Positions 38,641 through 49,744 are shown, counted from the first letter of the stretch. The stretch is 64,000 nucleotides of DNA from an uncultured cyanobacterium (GCA_963793425.1 CAWCAG010000005.1:576001-640000); one strand, 5' to 3'. Made by a program: numbers and translations. The notes: generated by a model from the letters alone, not told the origin.

Positions 38641-41256
38641 GTGCAAAAGTTTATTTCTAGGTTCAGATTCAAAAATATGTCGAGTAAGCAATCTTCTAAC
38701 TCGACATCCACAGATCCGCAAACCGTATCTGGTGATGTCCCGTCCAAGACTGAGGAACAACAATTGGAAGTAGAAACAAATGAGCAAGGGGAAGCCCCTG
38801 AGCAAAACTACTTCCAAAAATTTAAAACTAAAGCTGTTGGACTCAAAACCAAAGCTGTTGGACTTAAAACTAAAGTAGTTCGCCCCTTCAAAGGAGATAA
38901 TCCTTGGCAAAATCGTCCCCGCTTTTGGTTAGCTTTAGGGGCAGGTTTGGGTTTTACTACAGGTTTAGTTCTTTTTGGTTGGGGTTGGTGGAAAATTGAA
39001 AAAAGTTTGCCGGACTCTGTTAGTGATGTCCTAACCTATGCCCGTGAGGGAACTTTAACAATTACCGCTTCTGATGGTACTGTATTGCAGGAAGTTGGCC
39101 CCACAACTCATGATCAGTTAGATATCAAAGAAATTCCCCCAGATGTAGTTCAAGCTTTTATTGCGAGTGAAGATAGGCGTTTTGAGGCACATCATGGGGT
39201 GGACTTTCAAGGTGTCCTCAGAGCAGCTTTCTCCAACTTTCAATCTGGGGACGTTGTTCAAGGGGGAAGCACGATTACCCAACAACTAGCCCGTATCGTC
39301 TTCCTTAACCAAGAACAGAAAATTTGGCGCAAGCTGCGAGAGATGCGCTTGGCTAATAAAATTGAGGGGAAATTCGAGAAAGCCACGATTATGGAACGTT
39401 ACCTGAACCTAGTTTATTTAGGTTCGGGGGCCTATGGTGTTGGAGATGCCGCTTGGGTTTATTTTAGTAAAGAAATTGAAGAAATTACCCTCCCGGAAGC
39501 AGCAACGATTGCCGCTTTAGCCCCAGCCCCCACAGCTTATTCTCCTTTGGAAAATAGAAAATTAGCCAAAAAGCGCCGTAATGTGGTCTTGCGGCAAATG
39601 GAGAAAGAGGGTTTCATTACTGAAGCTGAAGCCAAAAAAGCCATCGCTTCTCCTTTGAGAACAAACTACAGTGAACCCAAGCGCCTCAACCGCAAATTCC
39701 CTTACTTCACCAGTTATATCCAAAAAGAACTGCCTAAATATGTCTCCTCAGAAAAAATTGAAGCTGGGGGCTTGACTGTAGAAACTACTCTTGACCCAGA
39801 ATGGCAAGAACTGGCGGAAGAAACTATTACCAAAACCATAGAAAATCAAGGTAAGAGTCAGCGTTTTGATCAAGCGGCTTTAGTAGCCATTGACCCCCGC
39901 AATGGGAAAATCAGGGCTTTGGTGGGAGGGAAAGACTTTGACGAAAATCAATTTAATCGCGTTACCCAAGCCCAAAGACAGCCCGGTTCCACCTTCAAAA
40001 CCTTTGTTTATTCCACGGCGATCGCCGCAGGTTTTTCTCCTTATAAAGGTGTTCTAGATCAACCATATGTTGTCGCTGGCTACCAACCTGAAAATTACGA
40101 TGATAAGTATCGCGGCAGTTATGTATCCATGAAGGATGCTTTAGCCTATTCTTTGAATGTGGTTGCTGTCCGTACTTTAGTTGATGTAGGTTGGGAACCA
40201 ACCATTGAAATCGCCAAGAAAATGGGTATTGAGTCTGAACTCAAACCAACTTATTCTCTGGCGTTAGGTTCCTCTGAAGTTAATCTCCTAGAATTAACTA
40301 GCGCTTACGGAACTTTAGCCAATAAAGGAATCCACGTTTCTGCCCGTGGCATCAACCGCATTCTTGATAAAGATGGTGAGGTAATCTACAAAGCCGACTC
40401 CAAAAAAGAACGGGCTTTGGATAAAGATACTGCCGCTATTATGACTTGGATGCTCCAAGGAGTCGTAAATTATGGTACAGCTTCAACAGCCCAAATAGAC
40501 CGGCCTGTGGCCGGAAAAACCGGAACATCCGACGAAGAAAAGGATCTTTGGTTTATTGGCTATATACCTCAGTTAGTTGCTGGGGTCTGGCTTGGAAATG
40601 ATGATAACAAATCTACTTACGCCAGTAGTAGTACTGCTGCTGCCACCTGGAGAAGGTTTATGGCAGAGGCAGTAGAAGATTTACCTAAAACTGATTTTCC
40701 TAAGCCTCCTGATAAGTTAGAAGGTCGCGAAGGTACGATTAAGGCTAAACCCATTAAGCCCAAAAAACAGTATTACAAAAAAAGTAATCAAAGCAACAGC
40801 CGTAGAAGTTCTAGTGGCTCTAGTGGTTCTAGTAGCAGAAGCTCTTCTTCTAGTTCTGGCAATAGTCGTCGAAGCTCTGGTTCCAGTTCTAATTCCAATT
40901 CTAATTCTCAACCCAAACGCCGCTCTCAGCCTAGCCAAGGCAATAGCGGTAATAGCAGAAATAATCAGCAAGGTAGTCCCAGGAATAATAGTCGTCCAGC
41001 ACCCGCACCAGCGCCAAGACCAGCACCTGCACCTGCCCCAGCACCTGCCCCAGCACCTGCCCCAGCACCAGCACCAAGACCTGCACCTGCCCCAGCACCT
41101 GCCCCAGCACCACCTCCTACAATCGATAAACAATCAAAACCAGCCCCAGCACCTGCCCCAGCACCTGCCCCAGCACCTGCCCCAGCACCTGCCCCAGCAC
41201 CCGTACCAGCACCTGCCCCAGCACCCGTACCAGTTCCCATAACAGCGCCAGAATAA
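38641..41256 (+). CDS. Class A penicillin-binding protein (PBP1A family) with Ser/Asn- and Pro-Ala-rich tail
   Basis: EDRRF..H.G, GGSTITQQL, RKL.E, YLN.VY.G; S.FK (GSTFK), SLN, KTG. Confidence 0.95.
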   Translation: MQKFISRFRFKNMSSKQSSNSTSTDPQTVSGDVPSKTEEQQLEVETNEQGEAPEQNYFQKFKTKAVGLKTKAVGLKTKVVRPFKGDNPWQNRPRFWLALGAGLGFTTGLVLFGWGWWKIEKSLPDSVSDVLTYAREGTLTITASDGTVLQEVGPTTHDQLDIKEIPPDVVQAFIASEDRRFEAHHGVDFQGVLRAAFSNFQSGDVVQGGSTITQQLARIVFLNQEQKIWRKLREMRLANKIEGKFEKATIMERYLNLVYLGSGAYGVGDAAWVYFSKEIEEITLPEAATIAALAPAPTAYSPLENRKLAKKRRNVVLRQMEKEGFITEAEAKKAIASPLRTNYSEPKRLNRKFPYFTSYIQKELPKYVSSEKIEAGGLTVETTLDPEWQELAEETITKTIENQGKSQRFDQAALVAIDPRNGKIRALVGGKDFDENQFNRVTQAQRQPGSTFKTFVYSTAIAAGFSPYKGVLDQPYVVAGYQPENYDDKYRGSYVSMKDALAYSLNVVAVRTLVDVGWEPTIEIAKKMGIESELKPTYSLALGSSEVNLLELTSAYGTLANKGIHVSARGINRILDKDGEVIYKADSKKERALDKDTAAIMTWMLQGVVNYGTASTAQIDRPVAGKTGTSDEEKDLWFIGYIPQLVAGVWLGNDDNKSTYASSSTAAATWRRFMAEAVEDLPKTDFPKPPDKLEGREGTIKAKPIKPKKQYYKKSNQSNSRRSSSGSSGSSSRSSSSSSGNSRRSSGSSSNSNSNSQPKRRSQPSQGNSGNSRNNQQGSPRNNSRPAPAPAPRPAPAPAPAPAPAPAPAPAPRPAPAPAPAPAPPPTIDKQSKPAPAPAPAPAPAPAPAPAPAPVPAPAPAPVPVPITAPE
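40996..41232 (+). repeat. 12-bp tandem repeats (GCACCTGCCCCA) encoding (PA)n
   Basis: Two blocks of near-perfect repeats separated by PPTIDKQSK. Confidence 0.9.
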
Positions 41257-41318
41257 ACTTGTACAATCAGTATTATTGTGCTACAAATATTACTAGGCAA
41301 GTATGAGGAATAATAAAA

Positions 41319-41519
41319 GTGGTAGAGCGACTCAAGCGCTGGGAATCCCCTCGCCGCCGGGGGCGTAACGATAAGGGCAAAGGCGGGGCGGCCAGGAAGC
41401 GACAACTGAAAAAGCGGCAGCAAATGTTACGCAAAAAGTTGAAAGCGCGTTCAGACAATCAAAAAAAACAGACAAAAGAAGGAAGAGAGTTTGATTCTCT
41501 TCCTTCTTTTTTATCTTGA
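41319..41519 (+). CDS. Small basic protein; candidate ArfA-like ribosome rescue factor
   Basis: SD GAGGA before GTG; R/K-rich with DKGKGG; terminator hairpin overlaps the last codons. Confidence 0.6.
   Translation: MVERLKRWESPRRRGRNDKGKGGAARKRQLKKRQQMLRKKLKARSDNQKKQTKEGREFDSLPSFLS
41474..41512. terminator. Intrinsic (possibly bidirectional) terminator inside the small ORF
   Basis: AAAAGAAGGAAGAGAG-TTTGA-TTCTCTTCCTTCTTTT-TT. Confidence 0.8.
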
Positions 41520-41580
41520 GTACCAGCTAATAAAATTCAGGCGAAATTCTACTCCCTACTCCCTACTCCCTTCCCCCATG

Positions 41581-43071
41581 TTACACTTTCATCTTTTCTA
41601 AAATCAACTTAGAACGCTTCACTTGGTTAGGAATAGAGATGGGATAGTCACCATCAAAGCAAGCAGTACAAAAACTTTGAGGATCTTCTCCAGTTGCTTC
41701 TAACATACCTTCCCAACTTAAATAAGCCAAAGAATCTACCCCAATTTGTGCTTCTATTTCTGCTACAGACTTAGTAGCTGCAATAAGTTGGTCTTGACTA
41801 TCGGTATCTATACCATAAAAACAAGGATGGGTAACAGGAGGGGAAGAAATACGCATATGTACTTCCTTAGCCCCAGCTTCTCGCAAAGCTTTAACAATTT
41901 TTTTGCTGGTTGTACCACGAACAATAGAATCATCAACAATAATTACCCGCTTGCCCACTAAAACGTCTTTGAGGGGATTGAGTTTCATGCGGATGCCAGC
42001 TTCTCTCATTTCTTGGGTAGGCTGGATGAATGTACGGCCTACGTAGCGATTTTTGATTAATCCTTCAGCAAAAGAAACACCTGATTCCTGGGAATAACCA
42101 ATGGCCGCAGGAACTCCAGAATCGGGAACGGGAATAACAATATCTGCATCTACAGGAGATTCTTTTGCTAGCTGCCTACCGATACGCATTCGGTAGCTAT
42201 AAAGGGTTTCTTCATTAACAAGGCTATCCGGCCTTGCGAAGTAAATCATTTCAAAGATACAGAGTTTTCTTTGGGGTTTTTGTCCCCAGTGGAAAGAAGC
42301 CATACCTTCTTCAGTAATCCAAACTACTTCCCCAGGTTCTACATCCCGGAGATATTCTGCCCCAATAATATCTAAGCCACAGGTTTCTGAAGCAAGAACG
42401 TAGCGACAAGGATTATTGCCTAATGTACCAATTACTAAAGGACGAATACCATGGGGATCTCTAACCCCCATTAAACCTTCAGGAGTACCAATTGTTAGAC
42501 TGTAGGCTCCTTCACACATTTGAAAAGCACTAATAGCTGATTCTAACCAATCTTTACCACGGTCTACTTCTTCGGCGATCGCGATCGCAATCATTTCTGA
42601 GTCTGTGGTACTAGCGAAGTTACAATTTCTCCTACTCAGTTTTTCTTTTAATTGGGCTGCATTAACTAAGTTGCCATTGTGGGCCAGGGCTAACATCCCT
42701 TTTTTAGTTTCTACAACTACTGGCTGGGCATTTGAGGCTAAACTAGAGCCTGTTGTGGAATAGCGGGTGTGACCCACCGCTAGATTTCCCGGCATAGTAC
42801 TTAAAATAGACTCATTAAACACTTGGGACACCAAACCCATATCTTTATGAATTAGGGTTCTATCTTCAGTAAAAGTTGCTATTCCAGCGGATTCTTGACC
42901 TCGGTGTTGCAGGGCATATAGTCCAAAATAAGTTAGTTTGGCTACGTCCCGTTCGGGGGCATAAATGCCAAAAACACCACAGGCTTCTTCTGGTTTATCT
43001 GGTCTTTTTTCGCTTTGACCAAAATTGTCAGCAGAGTTGGCCTTAAAGGGAAAGGATGAGTTAGGAATCAT
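41581..43071 (-). CDS. purF: Amidophosphoribosyltransferase
   Basis: EEACGVFG, LQHRGQES, GHTRYST, VDDSIVRGTT. Confidence 0.98.
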   Translation of the reverse strand: MIPNSSFPFKANSADNFGQSEKRPDKPEEACGVFGIYAPERDVAKLTYFGLYALQHRGQESAGIATFTEDRTLIHKDMGLVSQVFNESILSTMPGNLAVGHTRYSTTGSSLASNAQPVVVETKKGMLALAHNGNLVNAAQLKEKLSRRNCNFASTTDSEMIAIAIAEEVDRGKDWLESAISAFQMCEGAYSLTIGTPEGLMGVRDPHGIRPLVIGTLGNNPCRYVLASETCGLDIIGAEYLRDVEPGEVVWITEEGMASFHWGQKPQRKLCIFEMIYFARPDSLVNEETLYSYRMRIGRQLAKESPVDADIVIPVPDSGVPAAIGYSQESGVSFAEGLIKNRYVGRTFIQPTQEMREAGIRMKLNPLKDVLVGKRVIIVDDSIVRGTTSKKIVKALREAGAKEVHMRISSPPVTHPCFYGIDTDSQDQLIAATKSVAEIEAQIGVDSLAYLSWEGMLEATGEDPQSFCTACFDGDYPISIPNQVKRSKLILEKMKV

Positions 43072-43250
43072 GCTACGGCTTTTGCTCCTGATAGCGGCAA
43101 GTGAATCAATGAGATGAGTATTGAGGTAGATAGACCCTTAAGTTGAGCTTAACGTTTGCTTAACAATTACAACAATAGCAGTAATTCTTAACTTTGGAAA
43201 AGTGAGAATTGCCGCTAATGGCTAATGAGTTTAATTGCATAATTTAAGTT

Positions 43251-45563
43251 TCAAACTTTTAAGCGTTTGGGTATGGCCTCTTGCCAGCGATCGCTTACTT
43301 CGGTCATCTTAACTTTTATTAACAATACCTTGTCAGCAGTATATATGCGTAATTGAGATTTTTTTTCTTTCACTGTGCCAATTTGTAACCAAGCATCTGG
43401 TAGTTCTTTTTGGAGGTATGATTCCCAAGTTTTTTGTTGAGTAGGGGAAATAGAAACCAAAATACGGCTGGTAGCTTCCCCGAAGAGGACTTCATCCCAA
43501 CGTTGAGCTTCTGGAATATTAAGGTAAATCTCTGCCCCTAACTGGTTAACTAAACAAGCTTCAGCTATAGCCACAGCTATGCCACCTTCAGAACAATCAC
43601 AGGCAGAGTTGACTAAGCCACGACGAACACCTTCCCGGCAAACTTTTTGTACCTGAATTTCCAAAGAAAAATTAACCTGGGGTGGTTTTCCCGCCACAAT
43701 ATCGTGAATAGCAGCTAAATATTCCGATCCCCCCAAGGTAGGTAAGTTGTCACCATTTCCTAACAAATAAATTAAATCTCCCTCTTCCCTCCAACCCCGG
43801 CCGCAAACTTTGTTAAGGTCAGCAATTAAACCTACCATGCCAATCACGGGAGTAGGATAAATGGGTTGAGGCTTACCGTTGCTATCGAGGGTTTCGTTAT
43901 ACAAAGAAACATTTCCCCCAGTCACAGGGGTATTAAAAACTTCACAGGCTTCAGCAATACCCCGACAAGCCCAAGCTAACTGCCAGTAACCCACGGGCTT
44001 TTCCGGGCTACCAAAATTGAGGTTATCAGTAACCGCTAAAGGTTCAGCCCCCACACAGCTTAAATTTCGGGCTGCTTCAGCTACCGCCGCTTTAGCACCT
44101 TCATAGGGATCAAGGTAACAGTAGCGGGAGTTGCAATCTGTAGTTGCTGCCACTCCTGTAATACAGCTTGCAGGATCTGCCTCTAAGGGACGAACTCTCA
44201 CTACCGCAGCTTCAGCACCCCCTGGCAAGATTACGGTATTATTTTGAACTTGATGGTCATATTGGCGATGAACCCAGGTTTTGTCAGCTAAGGTAGGGTT
44301 ATCTAAGAGTTCAAGGAGAATTTCTGACCAGGTTTTGTTATCCCCATCTAAGGAAATACCTGTGGTCGTGCAAGGGGGCAAGGAAGCGGAATTCCATTGC
44401 CAGGCTTCTTGGGCATAAGCGGGAGGTTCTGCTAAGAGTTCTCGGTTATAAATAGGAGTATTATCAGCCAAAGCTGTAGCCGGGACTTCTGCGGCGACTT
44501 TCCCTTGAAACCAAATCCTCACAATGGGTTCTTTAATAACTTTCCCTGCCACCACTGCATTGAGTCCCCAACGGTGGAAAATAGCGATTAATTCCTCTTC
44601 TCGCCCTTTTTCGGCTACAAACAGCATTCTTTCTTGGGATTCAGAAAGCAGGTATTCATAGGGAATCATCCCTGTTTCTCGCACCGGAATTTTATCTAAA
44701 TCTAATTCTACTCCCACACCTCCAGTAGCAGCCATTTCCGAGGTTGAACAGGTAAGTCCCGCCGCCCCCATATCCTGTGCCGCAACCACTGCCCCAGTTT
44801 TGAAGGCTTCTAAACAAGCTTCTATTAAGGATTTTTCTAAGAAAGGATCACCCACTTGTACTGCCGGGCGATCATCCATAGATGCTTCGGAAAGTTCTGC
44901 ACTAGCGAAGCTAGCCCCTCCCATACCATCTCTCCCGGTGGTGGAACCTACATATAAAACTGGATTACCAATGCCTGTTGCCCCGGAGGTGACTATCTCC
45001 TCTGTTTCCATTAAACCCAAAGCCATAACATTAACCAAAGGATTACCTGTATAAGCCGCATCGAAGTAAATTTCTCCCCCTACGGTGGGAACCCCTACAC
45101 AGTTACCGTAATTAGCAATTCCTTCTACTACCCCAGTAAAAATCCTTCTGGTACGAGGATTATTTAATTCCCCAAAACGTAAGGAGTTTAAGATAGCAAT
45201 GGGACGGGCCCCCATCGTGAAAATGTCTCGGAGAATGCCCCCCACCCCTGTAGCGGCCCCCTGGAAAGGTTCAATGGCTGAAGGGTGGTTGTGAGATTCT
45301 ATTTTAAAAGCAAGGCGTAAACCATTGCCTAAATCCACAACTCCAGCATTTTCTCCTGGCCCCACCAGGACTTGCTTACCGGTGGTAGGAAATTGTTTCA
45401 GCAGGGGACGGGAGTTTTTATAACAACAATGTTCTGACCACATTACCCCAAACATACCTAATTCAGCTTGATTGGGATGGCGACCTAATCTCTTGACAAT
45501 TTCTTGATATTCTTCTGGTTTAAGACCTTCAGCAGCAATTTCTTGGGGGGAAAAGGGAGCCAT
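43251..45563 (-). CDS. purL: FGAM synthase subunit PurL
   Basis: [38 protein letters not shown]. Confidence 0.98.
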   Translation of the reverse strand: MAPFSPQEIAAEGLKPEEYQEIVKRLGRHPNQAELGMFGVMWSEHCCYKNSRPLLKQFPTTGKQVLVGPGENAGVVDLGNGLRLAFKIESHNHPSAIEPFQGAATGVGGILRDIFTMGARPIAILNSLRFGELNNPRTRRIFTGVVEGIANYGNCVGVPTVGGEIYFDAAYTGNPLVNVMALGLMETEEIVTSGATGIGNPVLYVGSTTGRDGMGGASFASAELSEASMDDRPAVQVGDPFLEKSLIEACLEAFKTGAVVAAQDMGAAGLTCSTSEMAATGGVGVELDLDKIPVRETGMIPYEYLLSESQERMLFVAEKGREEELIAIFHRWGLNAVVAGKVIKEPIVRIWFQGKVAAEVPATALADNTPIYNRELLAEPPAYAQEAWQWNSASLPPCTTTGISLDGDNKTWSEILLELLDNPTLADKTWVHRQYDHQVQNNTVILPGGAEAAVVRVRPLEADPASCITGVAATTDCNSRYCYLDPYEGAKAAVAEAARNLSCVGAEPLAVTDNLNFGSPEKPVGYWQLAWACRGIAEACEVFNTPVTGGNVSLYNETLDSNGKPQPIYPTPVIGMVGLIADLNKVCGRGWREEGDLIYLLGNGDNLPTLGGSEYLAAIHDIVAGKPPQVNFSLEIQVQKVCREGVRRGLVNSACDCSEGGIAVAIAEACLVNQLGAEIYLNIPEAQRWDEVLFGEATSRILVSISPTQQKTWESYLQKELPDAWLQIGTVKEKKSQLRIYTADKVLLIKVKMTEVSDRWQEAIPKRLKV

Positions 45564-45664
45564 GGTTAATCATTTATCATTTAACATTAAACATTAAACG
45601 TTTATCTGCGATCGCAAAGCAACAGGAAGTAATAACCACGGTATTTTCACTTATTACTTATTAC

Positions 45665-46855
45665 CTATGGTTCATCAATTTTGAGTGCTTCTTGGGCAGT
45701 TATGCCTTCCCCTTGAAAACCGAAATACCAAAGGGTAGCTGCCGCTTCAGCGCGGGTAACAGGTTTTTTGGGTTGGAAAATGGTTGTATAACCAAAAGTA
45801 CGGCGTATATTGGCTTGTTCTCCGTTTTGGAAATCTAAATAAAGGGCAGGTAATACTTGAGGATTAACTTTACTGGCATCTTGAAAGCCCCAGGTTTGTT
45901 GAATTGAATCTAAGGTGGTTTTTGGCAAGGCTTGGCGAGTATCTAAAGGGACTTTCCACCAGATTAAGTCTTCTCTGGTTAAAGGTGCATCAGGACGAAA
46001 TAGCCCTGCATCGATGTTACCAGTTAAAGAAGAGGGAATTAACCCCGCTTCTGCTAAACCTTGAATGACAGCAAAATCGGGGTCTGATTTTTTGACATCC
46101 TGGAAAGCCGGTTGTTGGGCATCCTCTATGAGGCGAATTTGTTTGCTGGGGATATTTTCATGAAGCAAGTTATTAGCAGTAACTAACCAATTAGCATAGT
46201 CTCTGCGGGTGATAGTTTGGTTAGGTTGAAACTTTTCATCTTGATTTTTATTACTTGATGAAGCGAAAACTCCCAATTGCCCTAAGTCTTGAATATATTC
46301 AGTTAGTTGAGGATTAACTTTCTCAAGATCAGAAAATTCTTGAGGTGCATTTTTTTCTACTGGCTTATTCTTTACAGTTATTGCTTCCCGTTGATATTCC
46401 ACCAGGAATGCTGTACCCTTTTCCTCCTCTTCTGGGGTTGTGGGATTAACCACAGAAACTTTAACTTCTAAGCCATTTTTACTAGCAACTATAGGGCTAT
46501 CCTCCTCTCCCGAAGAAGCAATTTCCCAATCATTATTTTGAAATTCTTCTTGATAAAAACTAGCAATCGAATTACTGGGATCTTCAGATTGCCACCGAGT
46601 AAGAGTTCCTTTACCAGCAGGTTTCGTCTCCAAAAGTTCGGCTTTGGGATATGAGGGAATCTCTTCGGGAAACTCTTCAGTTGTTGGAGTTGGTGTAGGA
46701 GTGGGCTTTTCCGCAACAGGTTCAGTGGTTTCTGAAGTCTCTTTGAGTTCAGGATCAGGTGCTAACTTATTTTGCAAGTCCTGAGTACAAGCATTTAAGC
46801 CCAGCAAACTGAAGAGGAGAAAACTAGTAGCGAAGCATCGATTAAACAATACCAT
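45665..46855 (-). CDS. S-layer homology domain lipoprotein
   Basis: Lipobox LNAC; SLH motifs F.P...ITR, FRPD.PLTRE, FQP.KPVTRAEAA. Confidence 0.88.
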   Translation of the reverse strand: MVLFNRCFATSFLLFSLLGLNACTQDLQNKLAPDPELKETSETTEPVAEKPTPTPTPTTEEFPEEIPSYPKAELLETKPAGKGTLTRWQSEDPSNSIASFYQEEFQNNDWEIASSGEEDSPIVASKNGLEVKVSVVNPTTPEEEEKGTAFLVEYQREAITVKNKPVEKNAPQEFSDLEKVNPQLTEYIQDLGQLGVFASSSNKNQDEKFQPNQTITRRDYANWLVTANNLLHENIPSKQIRLIEDAQQPAFQDVKKSDPDFAVIQGLAEAGLIPSSLTGNIDAGLFRPDAPLTREDLIWWKVPLDTRQALPKTTLDSIQQTWGFQDASKVNPQVLPALYLDFQNGEQANIRRTFGYTTIFQPKKPVTRAEAAATLWYFGFQGEGITAQEALKIDEP

Positions 46856-46921
46856 TAAGCAAAAGGGAAAAAATATTCTTACTTAAGTTTAAGCTAACGC
46901 AAAATTGTCATTAGCAAAATT

Positions 46922-47641
46922 CTAGCCTTTCACCAAAGCTTTAAGAGCAAACTGAGGTAATACCAACATCCTACGCCAACGCCATGGTTCTTTGTATAAA
47001 CGATATAACCATTCCAAATTATTATTTCGTAACCATCCAGGCGCTCTTGATTTTACCCCTGCCCAAATATCAAAGCTACCTCCTACACCAATCCAAGTAG
47101 CTTGAGGACAAAGATGACGATTTTCCTTAATCCAAACTTCTTGGCGGGGTACTCCCAAACCAACTAAAATAATTTTTGGTTGCAATTGTTGCAGAGTTTG
47201 TTGCCATTGCTGTTGTTCCTCCGGGCAGAGGAAACCGTGGTTTGTGGTGATAGAAATACCCCTGACTTTTTGCCGCCAGATTTGAGCCGCTTTTTCCGTA
47301 ATTCCTGACGCACCACCATAGAAAACAATAGGGCAAGCTTCCCCTTTCTGCCCCATTTTTGTGATTAATGATTGAGCCAATTCGATACCAGGACAGCGTT
47401 TTTGTTGAGGACTTTTTCCTCGCAAGCGTAAATAAAGTACTACCCCTGCCCCATCAGGAATAACTAAATCTGCGGTGTGGATAATCTCTCCTAAAGATTG
47501 ATCCTTTTCCGCTTCCATGACCATTTCTGCATTGAGGGTAACGACATGATTGCCTCGATTTTCTTCGATACGCGATGCCAACCAACCTACATAATCGTTG
47601 CTGACATGAATTGGTATTCCTAATACTGAAGATTTTTGCAT
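46922..47641 (-). CDS. WecB/TagA/CpsF glycosyltransferase
   Basis: VTLNAE, PDGAG, VGLGVPRQE, GVGGSFD, RAP.W, LEWLYRL..EP.R. Confidence 0.93.
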   Translation of the reverse strand: MQKSSVLGIPIHVSNDYVGWLASRIEENRGNHVVTLNAEMVMEAEKDQSLGEIIHTADLVIPDGAGVVLYLRLRGKSPQQKRCPGIELAQSLITKMGQKGEACPIVFYGGASGITEKAAQIWRQKVRGISITTNHGFLCPEEQQQWQQTLQQLQPKIILVGLGVPRQEVWIKENRHLCPQATWIGVGGSFDIWAGVKSRAPGWLRNNNLEWLYRLYKEPWRWRRMLVLPQFALKALVKG

Positions 47642-47731
47642 GGGTTTATAGGAAGGGAATGAGGAAAGGGAAATAGGGAGAAAACTATTACCAATTAGCA
47701 ACTAGCAACTATAGCAATTAGCAACTCACAA

Positions 47732-49744
47732 TTAAAGTCGAGGTAAAACTTCTGGTAATAGATAACCTGGTAACAAACCAAGGGCCATATTTTGACCAGA
47801 GATACCACATTCTCGATAACAAGCTCTGACTGTATTGATAATATAGTCAAAAGTATTTTTATAAACTTCTTCATCAGGGTCAATTTGGGCTAAAACCTGT
47901 AAATGTGCGGCCAGAGAAGCTTTGAGATAATCAGATTTAACCCCAGCTTCTAAATCAAACTGCTGTTCTGTTGCTAATCGATAATTAAGTAAACCTAAGT
48001 TATTATAAGTACTTAAGATATCAAAACTTACAGGGGTAGGAGTATCGTTTTGGCTTAACTGTTCGCTAATTTCAGCAGCCTTAGTAAAAGCAACTATTCC
48101 TTCTTTTAAGAATGCTTGTTTTTGTCTTAAATTCTGGGGAAACTTGAGGCTAAGATGCCAATAAGCAGTACCTAAATTGTTTTGAGTTGCTGCACAGGCA
48201 GCCGGATGAGTTTCTGGGGTACGATACTGGAGAGCATATTCATAGGCTTTAATAGCTAATTGTAACCATTTAGCATCCTCTTCATGTTGAGATAAATTCC
48301 AGTAAGCCGTACCCAAATTGTTTTGCATCATTGCCCAATGTAGAGGGGCCGTTTCCGGATTATATTGAGCCAAAGCTTGATCATAGGCAGCGATCGCAAG
48401 CTGTAAATTATTTTGAGGTGCTTGGTGTTGGGCAAGATGCCAATAAGCAGTACCTAAGTTATTTTGGCTAGAAGCGTATTGTTCAGCATCAAGTTCTGGA
48501 GTTCGATATCTCAAAGCGGCTTGGTAAGCTTGGATAGATTTAGTCAGGTTTTCTGCTATATCTCCATAACGGGCTAAATCATTATAAGCTGTCCCCAAAT
48601 TATTTTGGATCATGGAGTAAACTTGAGTATGATCAGCAATAATTTTTGCCTTGCTTGAAGCGAGATGATAGGACTTAATCGCCTCTTGTAAATAAGCCAA
48701 AAGTTGCTCAGTTGCTCCTGCTTGCCGAGAAAGCATCCAATAAAAATTACCTAGATCATTAAGAACCTCTGGAGCATTAGGATCGCTACTGTGACTATGT
48801 TGATACCATTTATAGTAAGCTTGTATGGCAATAGTGAGGTTTTCTTGAGAAGCATCTCCATTCGCAATGCGATCGCGGTAGCGATGACCGATACGTAAAT
48901 AAACTTGAGCCGCTAATTCAGGAGAGTCCGTATTGCGATTCAACTTTTCTAGATCCTGCCAACTATAAAGTTGTAATTTCTGAGTTGGAGGTTTTCCTGC
49001 TTCTTTCTCAGCCATATCATGGTCAAAAACCAACCTTGGCTCATCTTTTTGGTTCACCTCGCCATTAAGCAACTCTTCTGAATGATCTAAAGCTTCATTT
49101 AAGGAAAAATCCCCTTGCCCGTTAGGATTAGAGTCTGCCAACAAAAAAGGAGAATCTTCTTGGGGAACGGGGGTAGGCTCTCCTTGAAACAAAAATACCC
49201 CCGTACACCAGCGCCAAAATTCCGGTGCAGATTGTTTAACAACATTAAGCCAGGGATAGGGCAACCATAATAATAGATTTGATTTCAGTCTTGGTAAATA
49301 AGGTTCCAAGCTTTGGAGGTGACGCAAAAAGCTACGTTGAACTCCTGTCGGTTGTCGAGTGAGGCGTTCAATACCAATAATCTGAAAACTAGGTAAAGAA
49401 TTGATGGGAGTTGGGGCAGGATTTTGTCTTACCCACTGGGCAATCTGGGACAAGAGATTAGGATTATTGACATCAAAGTCAAGACTAACTAAGCGAGGAT
49501 AACTAGCCCCTGCATTCTCTTTCGTCGGATCTTCTTTTAAATCACGATTCAGTTGCCCAACTAGGCGATCGCGCAGACTTAAATCATCGCATACTGCCAC
49601 AAAAACTTGGCGATGCAAATTAAGATTAAGTGCCAGTTTCAGGCGCTGATAGACTTGCTGGTTATGACTCAACACTTGGGGAATAGCAGTATCAATCGCA
49701 GGGTTCATTGCTTCAGTATTCATACATATTCCCTTCTTCTTCAC
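47732..49744 (-). CDS. TPR repeat protein
   Basis: Repeated QNNLGTAYW.L motifs. Confidence 0.88.
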   Translation of the reverse strand: MKKKGICMNTEAMNPAIDTAIPQVLSHNQQVYQRLKLALNLNLHRQVFVAVCDDLSLRDRLVGQLNRDLKEDPTKENAGASYPRLVSLDFDVNNPNLLSQIAQWVRQNPAPTPINSLPSFQIIGIERLTRQPTGVQRSFLRHLQSLEPYLPRLKSNLLLWLPYPWLNVVKQSAPEFWRWCTGVFLFQGEPTPVPQEDSPFLLADSNPNGQGDFSLNEALDHSEELLNGEVNQKDEPRLVFDHDMAEKEAGKPPTQKLQLYSWQDLEKLNRNTDSPELAAQVYLRIGHRYRDRIANGDASQENLTIAIQAYYKWYQHSHSSDPNAPEVLNDLGNFYWMLSRQAGATEQLLAYLQEAIKSYHLASSKAKIIADHTQVYSMIQNNLGTAYNDLARYGDIAENLTKSIQAYQAALRYRTPELDAEQYASSQNNLGTAYWHLAQHQAPQNNLQLAIAAYDQALAQYNPETAPLHWAMMQNNLGTAYWNLSQHEEDAKWLQLAIKAYEYALQYRTPETHPAACAATQNNLGTAYWHLSLKFPQNLRQKQAFLKEGIVAFTKAAEISEQLSQNDTPTPVSFDILSTYNNLGLLNYRLATEQQFDLEAGVKSDYLKASLAAHLQVLAQIDPDEEVYKNTFDYIINTVRACYRECGISGQNMALGLLPGYLLPEVLPRL

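Noticed and set aside
40996..41232. Tandem repeats as a CRISPR array
   Set aside because: No spacers, in-frame coding, no cas genes. I saw no repeat-spacer array anywhere in the window.
40717..41423. ORFs with CWGR, QHLP, GAGA or LGQV repeats
   Set aside because: Alternative-frame readings of the 12-bp Pro-Ala repeat in the PBP gene.
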